Below are positions 32,945 to 44,007 of a stretch of 64,000 nt of DNA, one piece after another; positions within the stretch are counted from its first letter, which is position 1; each line of letters opens with the position of its first letter. Position numbers and translations under genes: made by a program. The notes under the pieces were generated by a model that worked only from the letters and a program-made list of their open reading frames with translations, was not told the DNA's origin and ran no database searches. The DNA comes from Mycoplasmatales bacterium (lineage in GTDB: Bacteria; Bacillota_I; Bacilli_A; Mycoplasmatales; JABAAY01), in the NCBI GenBank assembly GCA_014238225.1, contig JABABL010000003.1:1692-65691 (forward strand). The letters are read 5' to 3'.

Positions 32945-34370
32945 GTATTTTTGGAACATAATAGTCAGTAACAGTGCCCTCAGCAATTTCTGCCGATAAA
33001 GCAATTGTTTCGCTTAATGTAGGATGAGGATGCACAGTCATGGTTATGTCTTTGATGTGTGCTTTCATTTCGATTGCCAAAAGAATTTCAGAGATTAGAT
33101 CATCAGCGTGCTTGCCAACAATACCCCCACCAATTATATAGCCCTTTTCATCGAAAATTAGTTTAGTTTTCCCAAGAGCAGCCTCCGCAGTTAATGCCTT
33201 TCCAGATGCCATTCACGGAAGTTCGCCTTTTTGAAATTTAATTTTTTGCTCAACGCACTCCTGTTCAGTTAACCCTGCTCAAGCTATTTCAGGGGATGTG
33301 TATACAACTGATGGTATTATTCGCTCCTTATCACGAAAGACATTTTCGCCAGCAATTATTTCTGCAACAATTCTTCCTTCGTATGTTGATTTATGAGCCA
33401 GCATTGGATTTCCAATTATGTCGCCTATTGCGTAAATTTTTTCACAAGATGTTTGAAGTAATTCATTGGTGATAATGAACCCTCTCTCATCTACCCTGAC
33501 ACATGTTTTCTCTAAACTCAGGCGATCAGAGTTAGGAATTCTTCCTATTGAAACCACAATATTATCGAATTGTTCCTTAAATGTTTCTTTATTTTTAAGA
33601 TTTTCAAACTCCACAGTAAACTTCTTGTCTTTGCCCTTCATCGTTATTTCTTTAGTACCGTGTTCATAATAGATTTTCTTAAATCTGTCAGAATTAGCTT
33701 TCAAGAAAATATTCATTAAATCCTTGTCTACCATTGGTAGTAACCGGCTTGTTCTTTGCAAGATAGTAACTTCACTGCCTAGTGAACTATAAAATGTACC
33801 CATTTCTAAACCAATGACTCCACCCCCAATAATAAGCAACTTGCTGGGAATTCTTTCAACCTCTAAAGCCTCCGTAGAGTATCAAAATTTTAATGGAAGG
33901 TTTTCATCATCTGGCAGTTTTCTATTTCTTGAACCACAAGCTATGATACACTTGTCGTACTCAATTTTCATAACCCCTGTTTTAGTTTTTACCGTTACAG
34001 CAGCATCATTTAAAAATTCAGCTTCACCAATTATGTATTCTACTTTCCTTAAAGCCGCCATTTGTTTTAAACCTCCGGTCAACTTTTTTAGAATTTCTTG
34101 CTTTCATGCCACTAATTTCTTGGTATTTACTTTGAAAGTATCCTTTGTTTCTAACCCAAAAAGAGAAGCATGCTTAATTGTCTCTGCAGCTTCGGCTACA
34201 TGTAACAGAGCTTTTGAAGGTATACATCCCACATTTAAACAAACACCTCCAAGGGTTTCGTGTTTTTCCACAAGTGTTACATTTACACCCAAGTCGGCTG
34301 CTCTAAATGCCGCTGCATATCCCCCAGGTCCTCCACCGATGATTAATAACTGAACTTTTTTAGTTTCCAT
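32934..34370 (-). CDS. lpdA: Dihydrolipoyl dehydrogenase, E3 (478 aa)
   Basis: [24 protein letters not shown] fold and redox-active [10 protein letters not shown]. Four track ORFs are in one frame; the gaps were read and hold TGA only. Confidence 0.95.
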
Positions 34371-35809
34371 TATATTTTAATTATGTCTCCTGGTTTTTCC
34401 AGCATTGTTTTGACTTCTTCTAAAAACAATGACCCCTCTTTACCATCTATTAATCTGTGATCAAATGAAAGACTCAAAGGCATGGTTAACTTTATAGCTG
34501 GTTCCTTGTTTTTATCAACGATATAAGTATATTGTGCTTTACATAAACCCAATATACCAACATTCGGTCTATTCACTATCGGCGAAAAGTACTTTGTGGA
34601 TGTTCCACTAATGCTTGAAATTGTAAATGTTGAACCGCCCATTTCATCAGCGGAAAGTTTTCCCGCTTTTGCTTTTTCAGCTAAGTCAAAAATCTTTTCA
34701 CTTATTTCGTAGATTGTTAGTGATTTCGGTTCTACTATTGTTCCAACAACTAAACCATTAGGAGTGTCGATAGCTATTCCGATATTTGAAAAATTCTTAT
34801 AAATAACCTCGTTGCTTGCCATATCAATACTTGCGTTCATAGTTGGAAATTTTTGCAACGCAGCTGCAACAATTTTCACTGAAAAAGCTAAAAATGAAAT
34901 CTTTATATCTGGTTTAGATTTTTTTGCTTTCTTATACATACCAAAAATATCATCAATGTAAGAATCTTGATACATTGCTACATGAGGCACTTCTGCTGAC
35001 GCTTTTGCTAAAAATTTTGCAGAAAATTGCTTTATTTTGGAAAGTTTTTTTCGTTCTATTGTTCCGTATTTAGTAAATAGAGAATCAGGCAAAGGTTTTT
35101 CAGTTGGTTCAGCTACTGCATTGCCAGATTTAGACAGATGTTTTTCGATGTAATTTTTTGCAATCATTGTGTCAATTCTTCCAGTAGATGTTCGTTCTTT
35201 AATGTCAGCAGGATCAATATCGAAAGTCGTTATTAAGAATTTAGCGGCAGCTGTTGCGTATATTTTTAATTCTTTTAATTTTTTAATTTTGATAGCATGA
35301 CGAACCACTAATGCGGCTTGAGATTTTTTTAGAAGTTTATTTATTTCAGGTTTAAAATAATTTCGTTGTAGTGTTTTCTCTTCAGAAAGCGAAGACATTT
35401 CATCTTCTACTTCCTTTACCATTTCTTGAAAAGAAGAAGTTCCGCCCACTCCTTTTACAGTGGACATTACCTGTTCATTCTCATCTGGTTCATCATCTTT
35501 TACTTGTTCATCTGTAGCTTCTTTTTCTTTTGCAATTTTCACTTGCATGGAGGAGACATCTGTTTTTTCACTTTTTTCTGCTGCAGCTTCGTACTCTAAT
35601 AGATCCTCGCCCTCGACTATTTCATCGCCTGCTTCTTTTAGTATTTTGGTCACTTTTCCATCAAAATCAGCAGGTATATCCATGGTAGATTTCGCACTTT
35701 CCAATACAGTTAAAGCTTGACCATTAGTGACTAAGTCGCCTTCTTTTACTAACAACTCAGATATTTTTATTTCAACATCGGCACCGATTACTGGTATTTT
35801 AAATTTCAT
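34370..35809 (-). CDS. aceF: Dihydrolipoamide acetyltransferase E2, single lipoyl domain, AceF-like (479 aa)
   Basis: Lipoyl domain [25 protein letters not shown]...[11 protein letters not shown]; subunit-binding segment ([28 protein letters not shown]); catalytic [12 protein letters not shown]. The start overlaps the E1 stop region. Confidence 0.9.
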   Translation of the reverse strand: MKFKIPVIGADVEIKISELLVKEGDLVTNGQALTVLESAKSTMDIPADFDGKVTKILKEAGDEIVEGEDLLEYEAAAEKSEKTDVSSMQVKIAKEKEATDEQVKDDEPDENEQVMSTVKGVGGTSSFQEMVKEVEDEMSSLSEEKTLQRNYFKPEINKLLKKSQAALVVRHAIKIKKLKELKIYATAAAKFLITTFDIDPADIKERTSTGRIDTMIAKNYIEKHLSKSGNAVAEPTEKPLPDSLFTKYGTIERKKLSKIKQFSAKFLAKASAEVPHVAMYQDSYIDDIFGMYKKAKKSKPDIKISFLAFSVKIVAAALQKFPTMNASIDMASNEVIYKNFSNIGIAIDTPNGLVVGTIVEPKSLTIYEISEKIFDLAEKAKAGKLSADEMGGSTFTISSISGTSTKYFSPIVNRPNVGILGLCKAQYTYIVDKNKEPAIKLTMPLSLSFDHRLIDGKEGSLFLEEVKTMLEKPGDIIKI

Positions 35810-38548
35810 TTAACACTCCATAGGATTTTTTTTGTCATGCAATTTTAATCCGTTTTTCTTTATAAATTCTTCTAGTTTATCTTTATATTGCGAGTCTTTT
35901 TTTGACATTGCGTATAAAGCTACATAAGCGATAGTGTATCTATCCACTTCAAAAAATGTCCTCAAGTCAGCTCTAGAGCCACTACGACCAAGACCATCTG
36001 TTCCCAACACATAGTAATCATTAGAAATGTGCTGACGTATTTGTTCAGCATTTGACTTTATATAGTCAGAAGCTGCAACAATGGGGTTGTCGTTATCAAG
36101 CATGATTTCTACATGACTTTTCATCTTAGTATCATTGTTATAAATTCTCTGACGTGTTACCTCTTCACAATTTTTTCTTAACTCACCATATGATGTTGCA
36201 ATGTATATTTTTGAATCAATATTATATTGTGATCTCAAAATTTGTCCTGCAGCAATAACCTCAAGAGTAATGGTTCCAGAACCCACCAAATTAACAGAGC
36301 CGGTTGAATGGTTTGCAAACATGGACCTATACACGTATAAACCTTTTAAGATATTCTCCTCTGACCCAGATAGTAGAGGAGGATGTAAATGATTTTCATT
36401 CATAACAGTCATATAATAAAAATTACAGTTATTGTTTTCGTACATGTCTTTTAATCCTTGATACATTATAATTGCGACTTCGTAACCAAAAGTTGGATCA
36501 TATGTTTTGCAACCAGGAACGTAACTTCACATAACTAGATTGTGACCATCTTCGTGTTGTAAACCCTCACCATTCAAAGTAGTTCGACCAGCAGTTCCTC
36601 CAATTACAAAGCCCTTTGCTTTTGAATCCGCAGATGCTCAAACTAAATCACCAAATCTTTGAAACCCAAAAATCGAATAATAAATAAAAAAAGGTATAGC
36701 TGTAAACTCATGGTGAACGTAAGATGTAGCAGCAGTTAGCCACATTGCCATAGCGCCTGTCTCATTAATTCCCATTTGAAAAAATTGCCCTTGTTTTGAT
36801 ACACGATACTGTAACAGGGAACCAGCATCGTTAGGTGTATAGTTTTGTCCGCCAGGATCAAAAATCCCTATTTTATTAAACAAAGGCTCAATACCAAAAG
36901 TTCTGGCTTCATCCGTTGTTACAACAATTAACCGATCCTTTAAAATTGGATCATTAAAAAGAGTTGTTAGACACATCCCAAAAATCATGGTGGTTGATAA
37001 CTCACGGTTTTCAGAACCATGTACTATTACTGATAATTTTTCATAAAACTTGTTTATGTGCAATGTTTCAGGTTTGTATCTTCTGTTAGGAATAGGGCCA
37101 TTCAGTTTTTCTCTTTGGCTCATCATAAATTTATATTCATCAGACTTCTTTTCAAATTTTACATAAGGCAGTCTGTCGCCAGCAAGGTCTTTTTCAACCA
37201 ACCCGATATCCAACTTATTAGCGAAGTTTACCAACTGTTGTTTAGAAAGTTTTTTTTGACTGTGAGAAGAGTAAGATGCCCTTATTTTTGAATCAAAACC
37301 AGAGCCCTTTATTGTTCTTGCTAATATTGCAGTCGGACGATCTTTAATTCTAGAAGGGTTTAGGGCTCTATGATAAGATGCATAGACCACTTCTACAGAG
37401 TTACCTCCATAATATAGTTTTTCGCCATAATTAACATCTTCTGCTCAATCATTGATACCAAGAGTTTCTTTTAGGTGAGGAAGATATTCATCAAACAGTG
37501 CTCTTACAAATCCACATGGTTGTGACTCCAACCTAATCAAATCCCCATCCGTTAAATTTTCCAATACTTCTGCCACCGCACGATTATTACGCATATCCAG
37601 AAGAATTTCTAAAGGAAAATCTCAGGCAGCTTTAATAACTCTTCAACCATATCCAGAAAATATTCTTTCTAACTCGAAAACGATATTTCCGTTTCCATAT
37701 ACTGGTCCGTCTAGACCCAAAAGATTACAATTTACAATAAAAATTAAATTGTTCAAATTATACCTATATGCTAACCTCGCTAATCCAAACGACTCAGGCT
37801 CTTCCATTTCAGCATCCCCCAAAAACACTCAAACATGGCGATCAGGATTTTTTTCCACAAACCCCTTACATTCCAAGTATCTGATTCATAATGCTTGGGC
37901 AACGCCTTGCATTGCACCAAGACCAAGGGAAACCGTTGGAAATTGTCAGTATTCAGGCATTAAATGAGGATGAGGATAAGAAGATAGACCTTTGACAAAA
38001 ACTTCATTTCTAAAATTATTCAAGTCATCTTCAGTTAATATACCTTCCAAAAACGACCTTGCATAAATTCCAGGAGAACTGTGTCCCTGAAAATATATAA
38101 AATCAGATTTTGTCTTATCGTTATTCCCTTTTCAAAAATAATCAAAACCTACCTCGTATAAACTAGAAATTGACTCGAAAGTAGATAAGTGTCCTCCAAT
38201 ACCAGGAATGGATTTACCCGCATTTAAAACCATCGCTACAGCATTTCATCTAGTGTAATTTCTTATTCTTCTTACCAACCACGACTCTGTGAAATCCATT
38301 TTAGCGGCAGTTTGATAACTAAAGTTATTAAAAATTGGAAAACGAGCACTCAACATAAGTATATTGGGGAATATCGCTTTTTGAGGTAAAAGTATCGTTA
38401 TTAAATAATCAATGAATTTTTCTGAGTCTTCGTCTCCGTGAATACCAAAAAAATCCATTAAGTAATCAGTAATTTCTTGAAGTTCAGGGAAAGTTTTTTC
38501 TATATTGCCTTTATAAAACCACTCGTTTGTTAAATCTGTATATAGCAT
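35810..38548 (-). CDS. aceE: Pyruvate dehydrogenase E1, single-polypeptide (homodimeric AceE) type (912 aa)
   Basis: ORFs 35810..36466, 36638..37390, 37643..37828 and 38246..38602 are in one frame. All gaps were read codon by codon and hold TGA only. Motifs [33 protein letters not shown] and [12 protein letters not shown] parallel E. coli AceE. ATG 38548 is preferred over the track's TTG 38602. Confidence 0.9.
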
Positions 38549-38668
38549 CTCTACTCTACTGTAATAATACAGTAAAATGCAACAATGGAATTGAGAAAGC
38601 AAAAGAAAAAATTTAGGTATTAAATTATTTTTTTTTCTTGTATAGTAGAAATAATAAAAAGGAGCAAA

Positions 38669-38929
38669 ATGAAACTAACACCTTTAAACAATAATGTTTT
38701 GATGAAAGAAGAAGAACGTCAAACAAAGACATCAAGCGGGATAATCGTTTCTGCGCAATCAGAGGTAGAAAAAAACCAAGGTCGTGTGATAGAAATAGGG
38801 AAAGACGTTAAGGATGTCGTAATTGGAGATGTCGTGGTATTTGAAAGCTACAAAGCAACTGACTTTGAATTTAGTAGTGAAAGATACATGATTGTTGAAG
38901 AAAAAGACATTTTAGCAAAATTTAAATAA
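38669..38929 (+). CDS. groES: Co-chaperonin GroES (86 aa)
   Basis: AAAGGAG RBS; MKLTPLNNNVLMKEEERQTKTSSGIIV...GDVVVFESY. Located 10 nt upstream of groEL. Confidence 0.95.
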   Translation: MKLTPLNNNVLMKEEERQTKTSSGIIVSAQSEVEKNQGRVIEIGKDVKDVVIGDVVVFESYKATDFEFSSERYMIVEEKDILAKFK

Positions 38930-38938
38930 GGAGAAAAA

Positions 38939-40567
38939 ATGGGAGCAAAACAATTATTGTTTAACACAGAAGCAAGAAAAAAACTAAAAGCAGGCATTGA
39001 CAAATTAAGCGACGCAGTTAAGAAAACCCTAGGGCCAAATGGAAAGTATGTGGTAATTCAGAGAGAATACGGCTCTCCACTAATCACAAACGACGGAGTT
39101 GCGGTAGCAAAAGAAATAACACTAGAAGACCCAACAGAAAACATAGGAGCAAGCTTAATTCAGCAAGTTTCTAATAAAACGGATGATGATGTAGGAGATG
39201 GCACTACAACTGCAACGGTTATTGCACAAGCTATCGTTGAAGAAGGATTAAAACTTGCAGAAGCAGGAAGAAACTCCATCTTAATCAAAAGTGGCTTATT
39301 AAAAGCCAAAGACGAAGTAATAAAAAACTTGGAAAAATTATCTACACCTGTAAACAACGATCAGGCTATTAAATCAATAGCGTCCATTTCAGCAAAAGAC
39401 CCTGAGATTGGTGATTTAATTCAAAAAGCAATTAAAAAAGTCGGCGAAGCAGGAATGATAACAATAGAGGAAGGCAATTCCTACAACACAACTGTAGATA
39501 TTGTGGAAGGTATGCATTTTGAAGAGGGATTTTCTTCACCATACATGATGACCAACAAATCTAGCATGATGGCTGTTCATAACTCCCCTAAAATACTAGT
39601 TACTGATAAAAAAATCAATAACCTACAAGAAATACTACCTATTTTAGAGCAAGTAGTAAAGGAAGGAAATCCGTTACTAATTATTGCTTCTGAATTTAGT
39701 GAGGAAGTCTTGACCACCCTTATTTTAAATAAAATGCAGGGCACTTTTCAAATTACAACGGTGAAAGCACCGAGCTTTGGAGACGATAAAATAGGACAAC
39801 TTGAAGATATTGCTATTTTCACATCCGCTAAATTCTTTAGTGAAAAAGTTAATCACTCGTTAAAGGATGCAAAAATAGAAGACCTTGGTAGCGCAGAAAA
39901 AGTGGAAGTTTCTAAAAACAGAACAATAATTATTGGTGGTAAAGAAACTCAAAAAAATATCAAAGCTAGAGTAGAAGAACTTAAACATCTGATTGATAAA
40001 TCTGATTCAACCTATTCAAAGGATCAATACAGGAGTCGCATTGCTAAGATGGCTGGGGGAATTGGAGTTATTCGTGTTGGCGCTAATACAGAAGTTGAAT
40101 TAAAAGAAAAGAAAATGCGCATCGAAGACGCTTTAAAATCAACATACGCAGCCATCGAAGAGGGAATAGTTGTTGGTGGAGGAATTGCGCTTATGAAAGC
40201 TAGTATGAATATTCAACCTAAAGCAGAATCACATGAGGACATCAAAATAGGATATACCATTTTAAAGGAAGCACTGAAACAACCTCTAAAACTAATCGCA
40301 GATAATTCTGGCGTTAGTGGAGAAGTCGTTCTTAGTAAAATCCTAGAAATGAAATGCACCAAAGGTTTCAACGCTGTTTCCGGTGAATATAGTGATTTAG
40401 AAAAAGACGGAGTTATTGACCCGTTGAAAGTATCAAAAAATGCTTTAGCTAATGCAGTAAGCGTCGCATCATTAATCTTAACTACAGAAGTATCAGTTAC
40501 TGAAATTCCTAAAGCAAATGATGAACCAACAATGCCACCGATGGGTGGCATGCCTGGAATGATGTAA
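38939..40567 (+). CDS. groEL: Chaperonin GroEL (542 aa)
   Basis: Uninterrupted ORF with LGPNGKYVVI, DGTTTATVIAQAIV, a GGG/VVGGG segment and the C-terminal PPMGGMPGMM tail. Confidence 0.98.
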   Translation: MGAKQLLFNTEARKKLKAGIDKLSDAVKKTLGPNGKYVVIQREYGSPLITNDGVAVAKEITLEDPTENIGASLIQQVSNKTDDDVGDGTTTATVIAQAIVEEGLKLAEAGRNSILIKSGLLKAKDEVIKNLEKLSTPVNNDQAIKSIASISAKDPEIGDLIQKAIKKVGEAGMITIEEGNSYNTTVDIVEGMHFEEGFSSPYMMTNKSSMMAVHNSPKILVTDKKINNLQEILPILEQVVKEGNPLLIIASEFSEEVLTTLILNKMQGTFQITTVKAPSFGDDKIGQLEDIAIFTSAKFFSEKVNHSLKDAKIEDLGSAEKVEVSKNRTIIIGGKETQKNIKARVEELKHLIDKSDSTYSKDQYRSRIAKMAGGIGVIRVGANTEVELKEKKMRIEDALKSTYAAIEEGIVVGGGIALMKASMNIQPKAESHEDIKIGYTILKEALKQPLKLIADNSGVSGEVVLSKILEMKCTKGFNAVSGEYSDLEKDGVIDPLKVSKNALANAVSVASLILTTEVSVTEIPKANDEPTMPPMGGMPGMM

Positions 40568-40667
40568 TCGTATAAGATTATTTATAACATTCTTGCAAAA
40601 AGCACGATTAAAAATATTTTAAGTTCGAATACTCCACGATGTTTTTATAATGTAATAAAATAAACTT

Positions 40668-43412
40668 ATGAGAAAAAACAGTAAGAAAAAAGTCATAAGT
40701 ATTTTTGCCACTACAGCAGTAGGAGGAGCAGGAATTGTTGCCGCAGTTGCACAAAGTTGCGGACCTAGTTTTAACAATAGAAACAACACTCAAGAAGTTC
40801 TTTCTCGATTAAATAATACAGGATCAATGGCAGGTAATAATGGAACGACCAATATACCTGCTACAGGGACTCAAGAAAGATTATTCTATGATTTAATAGA
40901 AACAACACTCCAGGGACTCAATAATAACGAAAACCCTAACCTTGCGATAACTAGAATAGTTACACAAGTCCCAAATGTTAATATTGATGCGACTGCTGAT
41001 GGCACAAGCGTTACTTTTAGTCCTGAATCATTAATTATCAACGTGAGCAATACAACTAACAATTCTTTTCAATTTTTGAATACAGGGATTCTTACAATTT
41101 CTGGAATTGTTTATTCAGGGAGGGTCATCACATCAGCTGGGACGATTAACGATAATGGGTTAGTACTATCCAATACAACTGAAGCTATAAAAGTAGTTAG
41201 AAATTTAAACTCCATTACTAACATTAATCTTCCAGCCGAAGGAACAAGCGAGTTTTTTGTATACCAATTTTTACAAACCACAATTCGCACAATTGTTGGG
41301 AACGAAAACTCCTTAATAACCAACATTTCTGTAGTTCCATCAAGTGTTTCTAGTACAACGCAGGAAGATGCCACAACAGCCGTTCACATTGATAACGGTG
41401 GCATAACAATTTCCACATCCGGAGGGGCAGACTCAAGGTTTTCTCCTATTGGAAGCGGAACAAATATTTTTGGTATAGTTTTTTCTCCCACCGACAACAA
41501 TAATTCAATCGCAATCACTACGATTAGTTCTTTAACTAATTTAATTGCTGTGTCCGATAATGAAATTATTGTTGATGCTGCTTCTGGGTTGTCAACAATA
41601 AACAACGGAATATTTCCAGACCCAGGTACGAACACAAGAGTTTTATTTGATTCGATTTCTACTCTATTTGATTTAGAGATTGGAACTGGCATATCAGCAA
41701 TATCAGTTGCTCCGCTCCCTACAAATGTTTTTTACAGTGAAAATTCTTCTTCACTAAGAATTTCGCCTACAGCACTATTAATTGAGGCAGAAGATAACGG
41801 AAGGCAATACAACAGCATTAATGAAATAATTATCTCTAATATTGTTGTTAGAGAAGGACAACTGGTCAGTGCAGGCACGGCTACCATTGCTAACGGAGGA
41901 ACATTTTCATTTGCTCAGAATTCCTTTATTCCCTTTTTAGAACTTGGTAAGATAGCATTTCTAAGCCCAGGGGAGGCTCCCCCTCAAAATTCTGGGGAGT
42001 CGGCAATCTATAACGCTATTCTTTCTCACATTCAAACAATAGACTCCAACGCAGATATAGTTTCTATAGGAATTAACGGGATACCTTCTAGCCTCTCAGC
42101 AACAGAAATTACTCTTGATTCTAACCAAATAACCGTTAGAACAACAGGCGGGAGCACTAACTTTTTTAGAAATGTTGGGATTTTTTCTATAAGCAACATT
42201 GTTATTACGGACGGAGTTATAACCGATGGAGGTACCGCGACAGGATTGTCGGCCGATGCAAATAGTTCTCTAGTAATGGAGTCCTTTTTAGATTTAAATT
42301 CAAGAACGCAGTTCAACGCGCCAGATGAGTCATCCAACACATATAGAATGTGACAAGCGATTGAAGATGTAATAGGTAATGAATACAGAATTCTTACAGT
42401 TCAAATATTCGCAACAAATCAATCGTTGTTTTTGATTGACCCGGAAACCAACGCATTAACTATATTGCAGTCCAACATCTTTTTAGTTGTGGCAGAAGAA
42501 ATAGAAGGAAGTGAAACTAAACAATTCTTTAATTTTAATTCTCCCATGAACACAGGAAACAATCGTTCATTAACTTCTTTTGAAAACATTAATATACAAA
42601 ACAACAACATACAAGAAGGGGTAACCGTTTCTAATTTAACCGAAACACCTAATAATATAGAACAAATACAAATATATGAAGCATTACAAACCTTGAACAA
42701 TTACAACGCTTCCACTTCAAATGTTTTTGGAATAGCAAGCATTATTTTGAATGAGTTAAATAGTACATTAATTTCAAACACAACATTTCAAAGCTTTTCA
42801 TTTGACAGCGTTAATTTGGAAAATGTTGTTTCTTCTATGACTACACCAGAATCTTATACAATCAGCGGAATTAATTTAAACTCTGGAGTCGACTCACTAG
42901 GCGGAAGTGTAACAGGGGCTTTTGACTTAAATATTACATTTAATTCCACGCCAGATGTTGTCGCCACGTCTACTTTTGTTCAAAGCAGTTCTGCTGATGT
43001 GGAGGCTTTAATCGGAGGAGATGGGAATAATGACAATGTAAATAGTTTTCTTAATTATAACGTTGGATCACCGTTTACTGCGGATTCGGTTGCTGGCGAA
43101 TTGGTAACATCAATAAATCAATTTGTAAGCACAGATGCTAGAGTAAATAACTCTAATGCAGTAGTCAGAGTTATAAACGTGCAGAATTCTTTTGCAATTT
43201 CTACTTCCAACATCACAACAGAGTCAAACGAATATACAATTACAATTGGAGCGTCCTCAGGACTTATGATTCTTGTTGAAGACAGTACTACATCTACGGA
43301 CATCGGCACTTTTTCTCTTGATTTTGAGCTGATTATTACAATAACTAATCCAAGCACCACTCCTTTAATTTCTGCTAGCAACTTTAATGTACTAACTTAT
43401 ACTAGTGTATAA
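40668..43412 (+). CDS. Large modular surface lipoprotein, family member (914 aa)
   Basis: MRKNSKKKVISIFATTAVGGAGIVAAVAQSC-GPSF. ORFs 40668..42353 and 42426..43412 are in one frame; the gap I read has a single TGA. Repeated modules end in ISGIVYSGRVITSAGT, ISNIVVREGQLVSAGTA and ISNIVITDGVITDGGTA. Confidence 0.8.
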
Positions 43413-43435
43413 GTTTTAAATTTCCTAATAAAGGT

Positions 43436-43921
43436 GTGAACACTGACATATCTTCTGAGACTGAACTTTCTAAAAACATCATAAAATCAATAAACTTTAT
43501 AATTAAATATCATTATTCCTCTCCCCTTGAGAATCAAAACACCAATAAACTTACACAACTAAGAATGCAAAAGCTTTTATTTTTTGCCTATATTTTATAT
43601 TTCAAGAATAATAAAAGTTTTCTTTTCCAAGAAAATTTTAGTGCCTGAAACTATGGCCCTGTCGTTGAACAACTCTTTTTCGTATCGAAGGGAAAAACCG
43701 AGATTATTTTTGAAAACAACACATTTATTATTCCAATAAAGGAAAAGGATTTTTTCATATTGAGAAAAAAAATTGGAAAATACTTTGTGTTTTATAATGA
43801 AAAATCCACCTTTGAACTAGTAAAAATGTCTCACGACTCTTTGCTATGAAAAGAAAGTAAAAGAAAAAAAACAGGTGTAATTTTAAAAAAAGATATACGA
43901 AATATGTTTTCTAAAAAATAA
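43436..43921 (+). CDS. Panacea / DUF4065 (SocA/GepA-like, antitoxin-type) domain protein (161 aa), GTG start
   Basis: KLTQLRMQKLLFFAYILYFKNNKSFLFQENFSAWNYGPVVEQLF matches the recalled DUF4065 core (T.lKLqKLLYfa....g.pLf.e.f.AW..GPV....y). The W is a TGA codon (43646-43648). Extends to TAA 43919-43921. Confidence 0.7.
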
Positions 43922-44007
43922 TTTTGAAATCTCATCTGTAAGTAAAATAAAACTTGTTATTTTTCCTTGCTTATTTAGGAAGTGCTTTGTCCAGCAATAT
44001 ATAATTA

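Noticed and set aside
33814-34353. Track ORF 33814..34353(+), 179 aa, and similar long plus-strand ORFs over lpd/aceF/aceE (e.g. 35460..35720, 37058..37291)
   Set aside because: They are antisense to well-supported PDH genes and have low-complexity S/F/P-rich translations with no motifs.
38549-38668. CIRCE/HrcA operator upstream of groES
   Set aside because: I searched the 120-bp aceE-groES spacer by eye for TTAGCACTC-N9-GAGTGCTAA or close variants and found none. The absence is noted under the PDH/GroESL finding, not as a feature.
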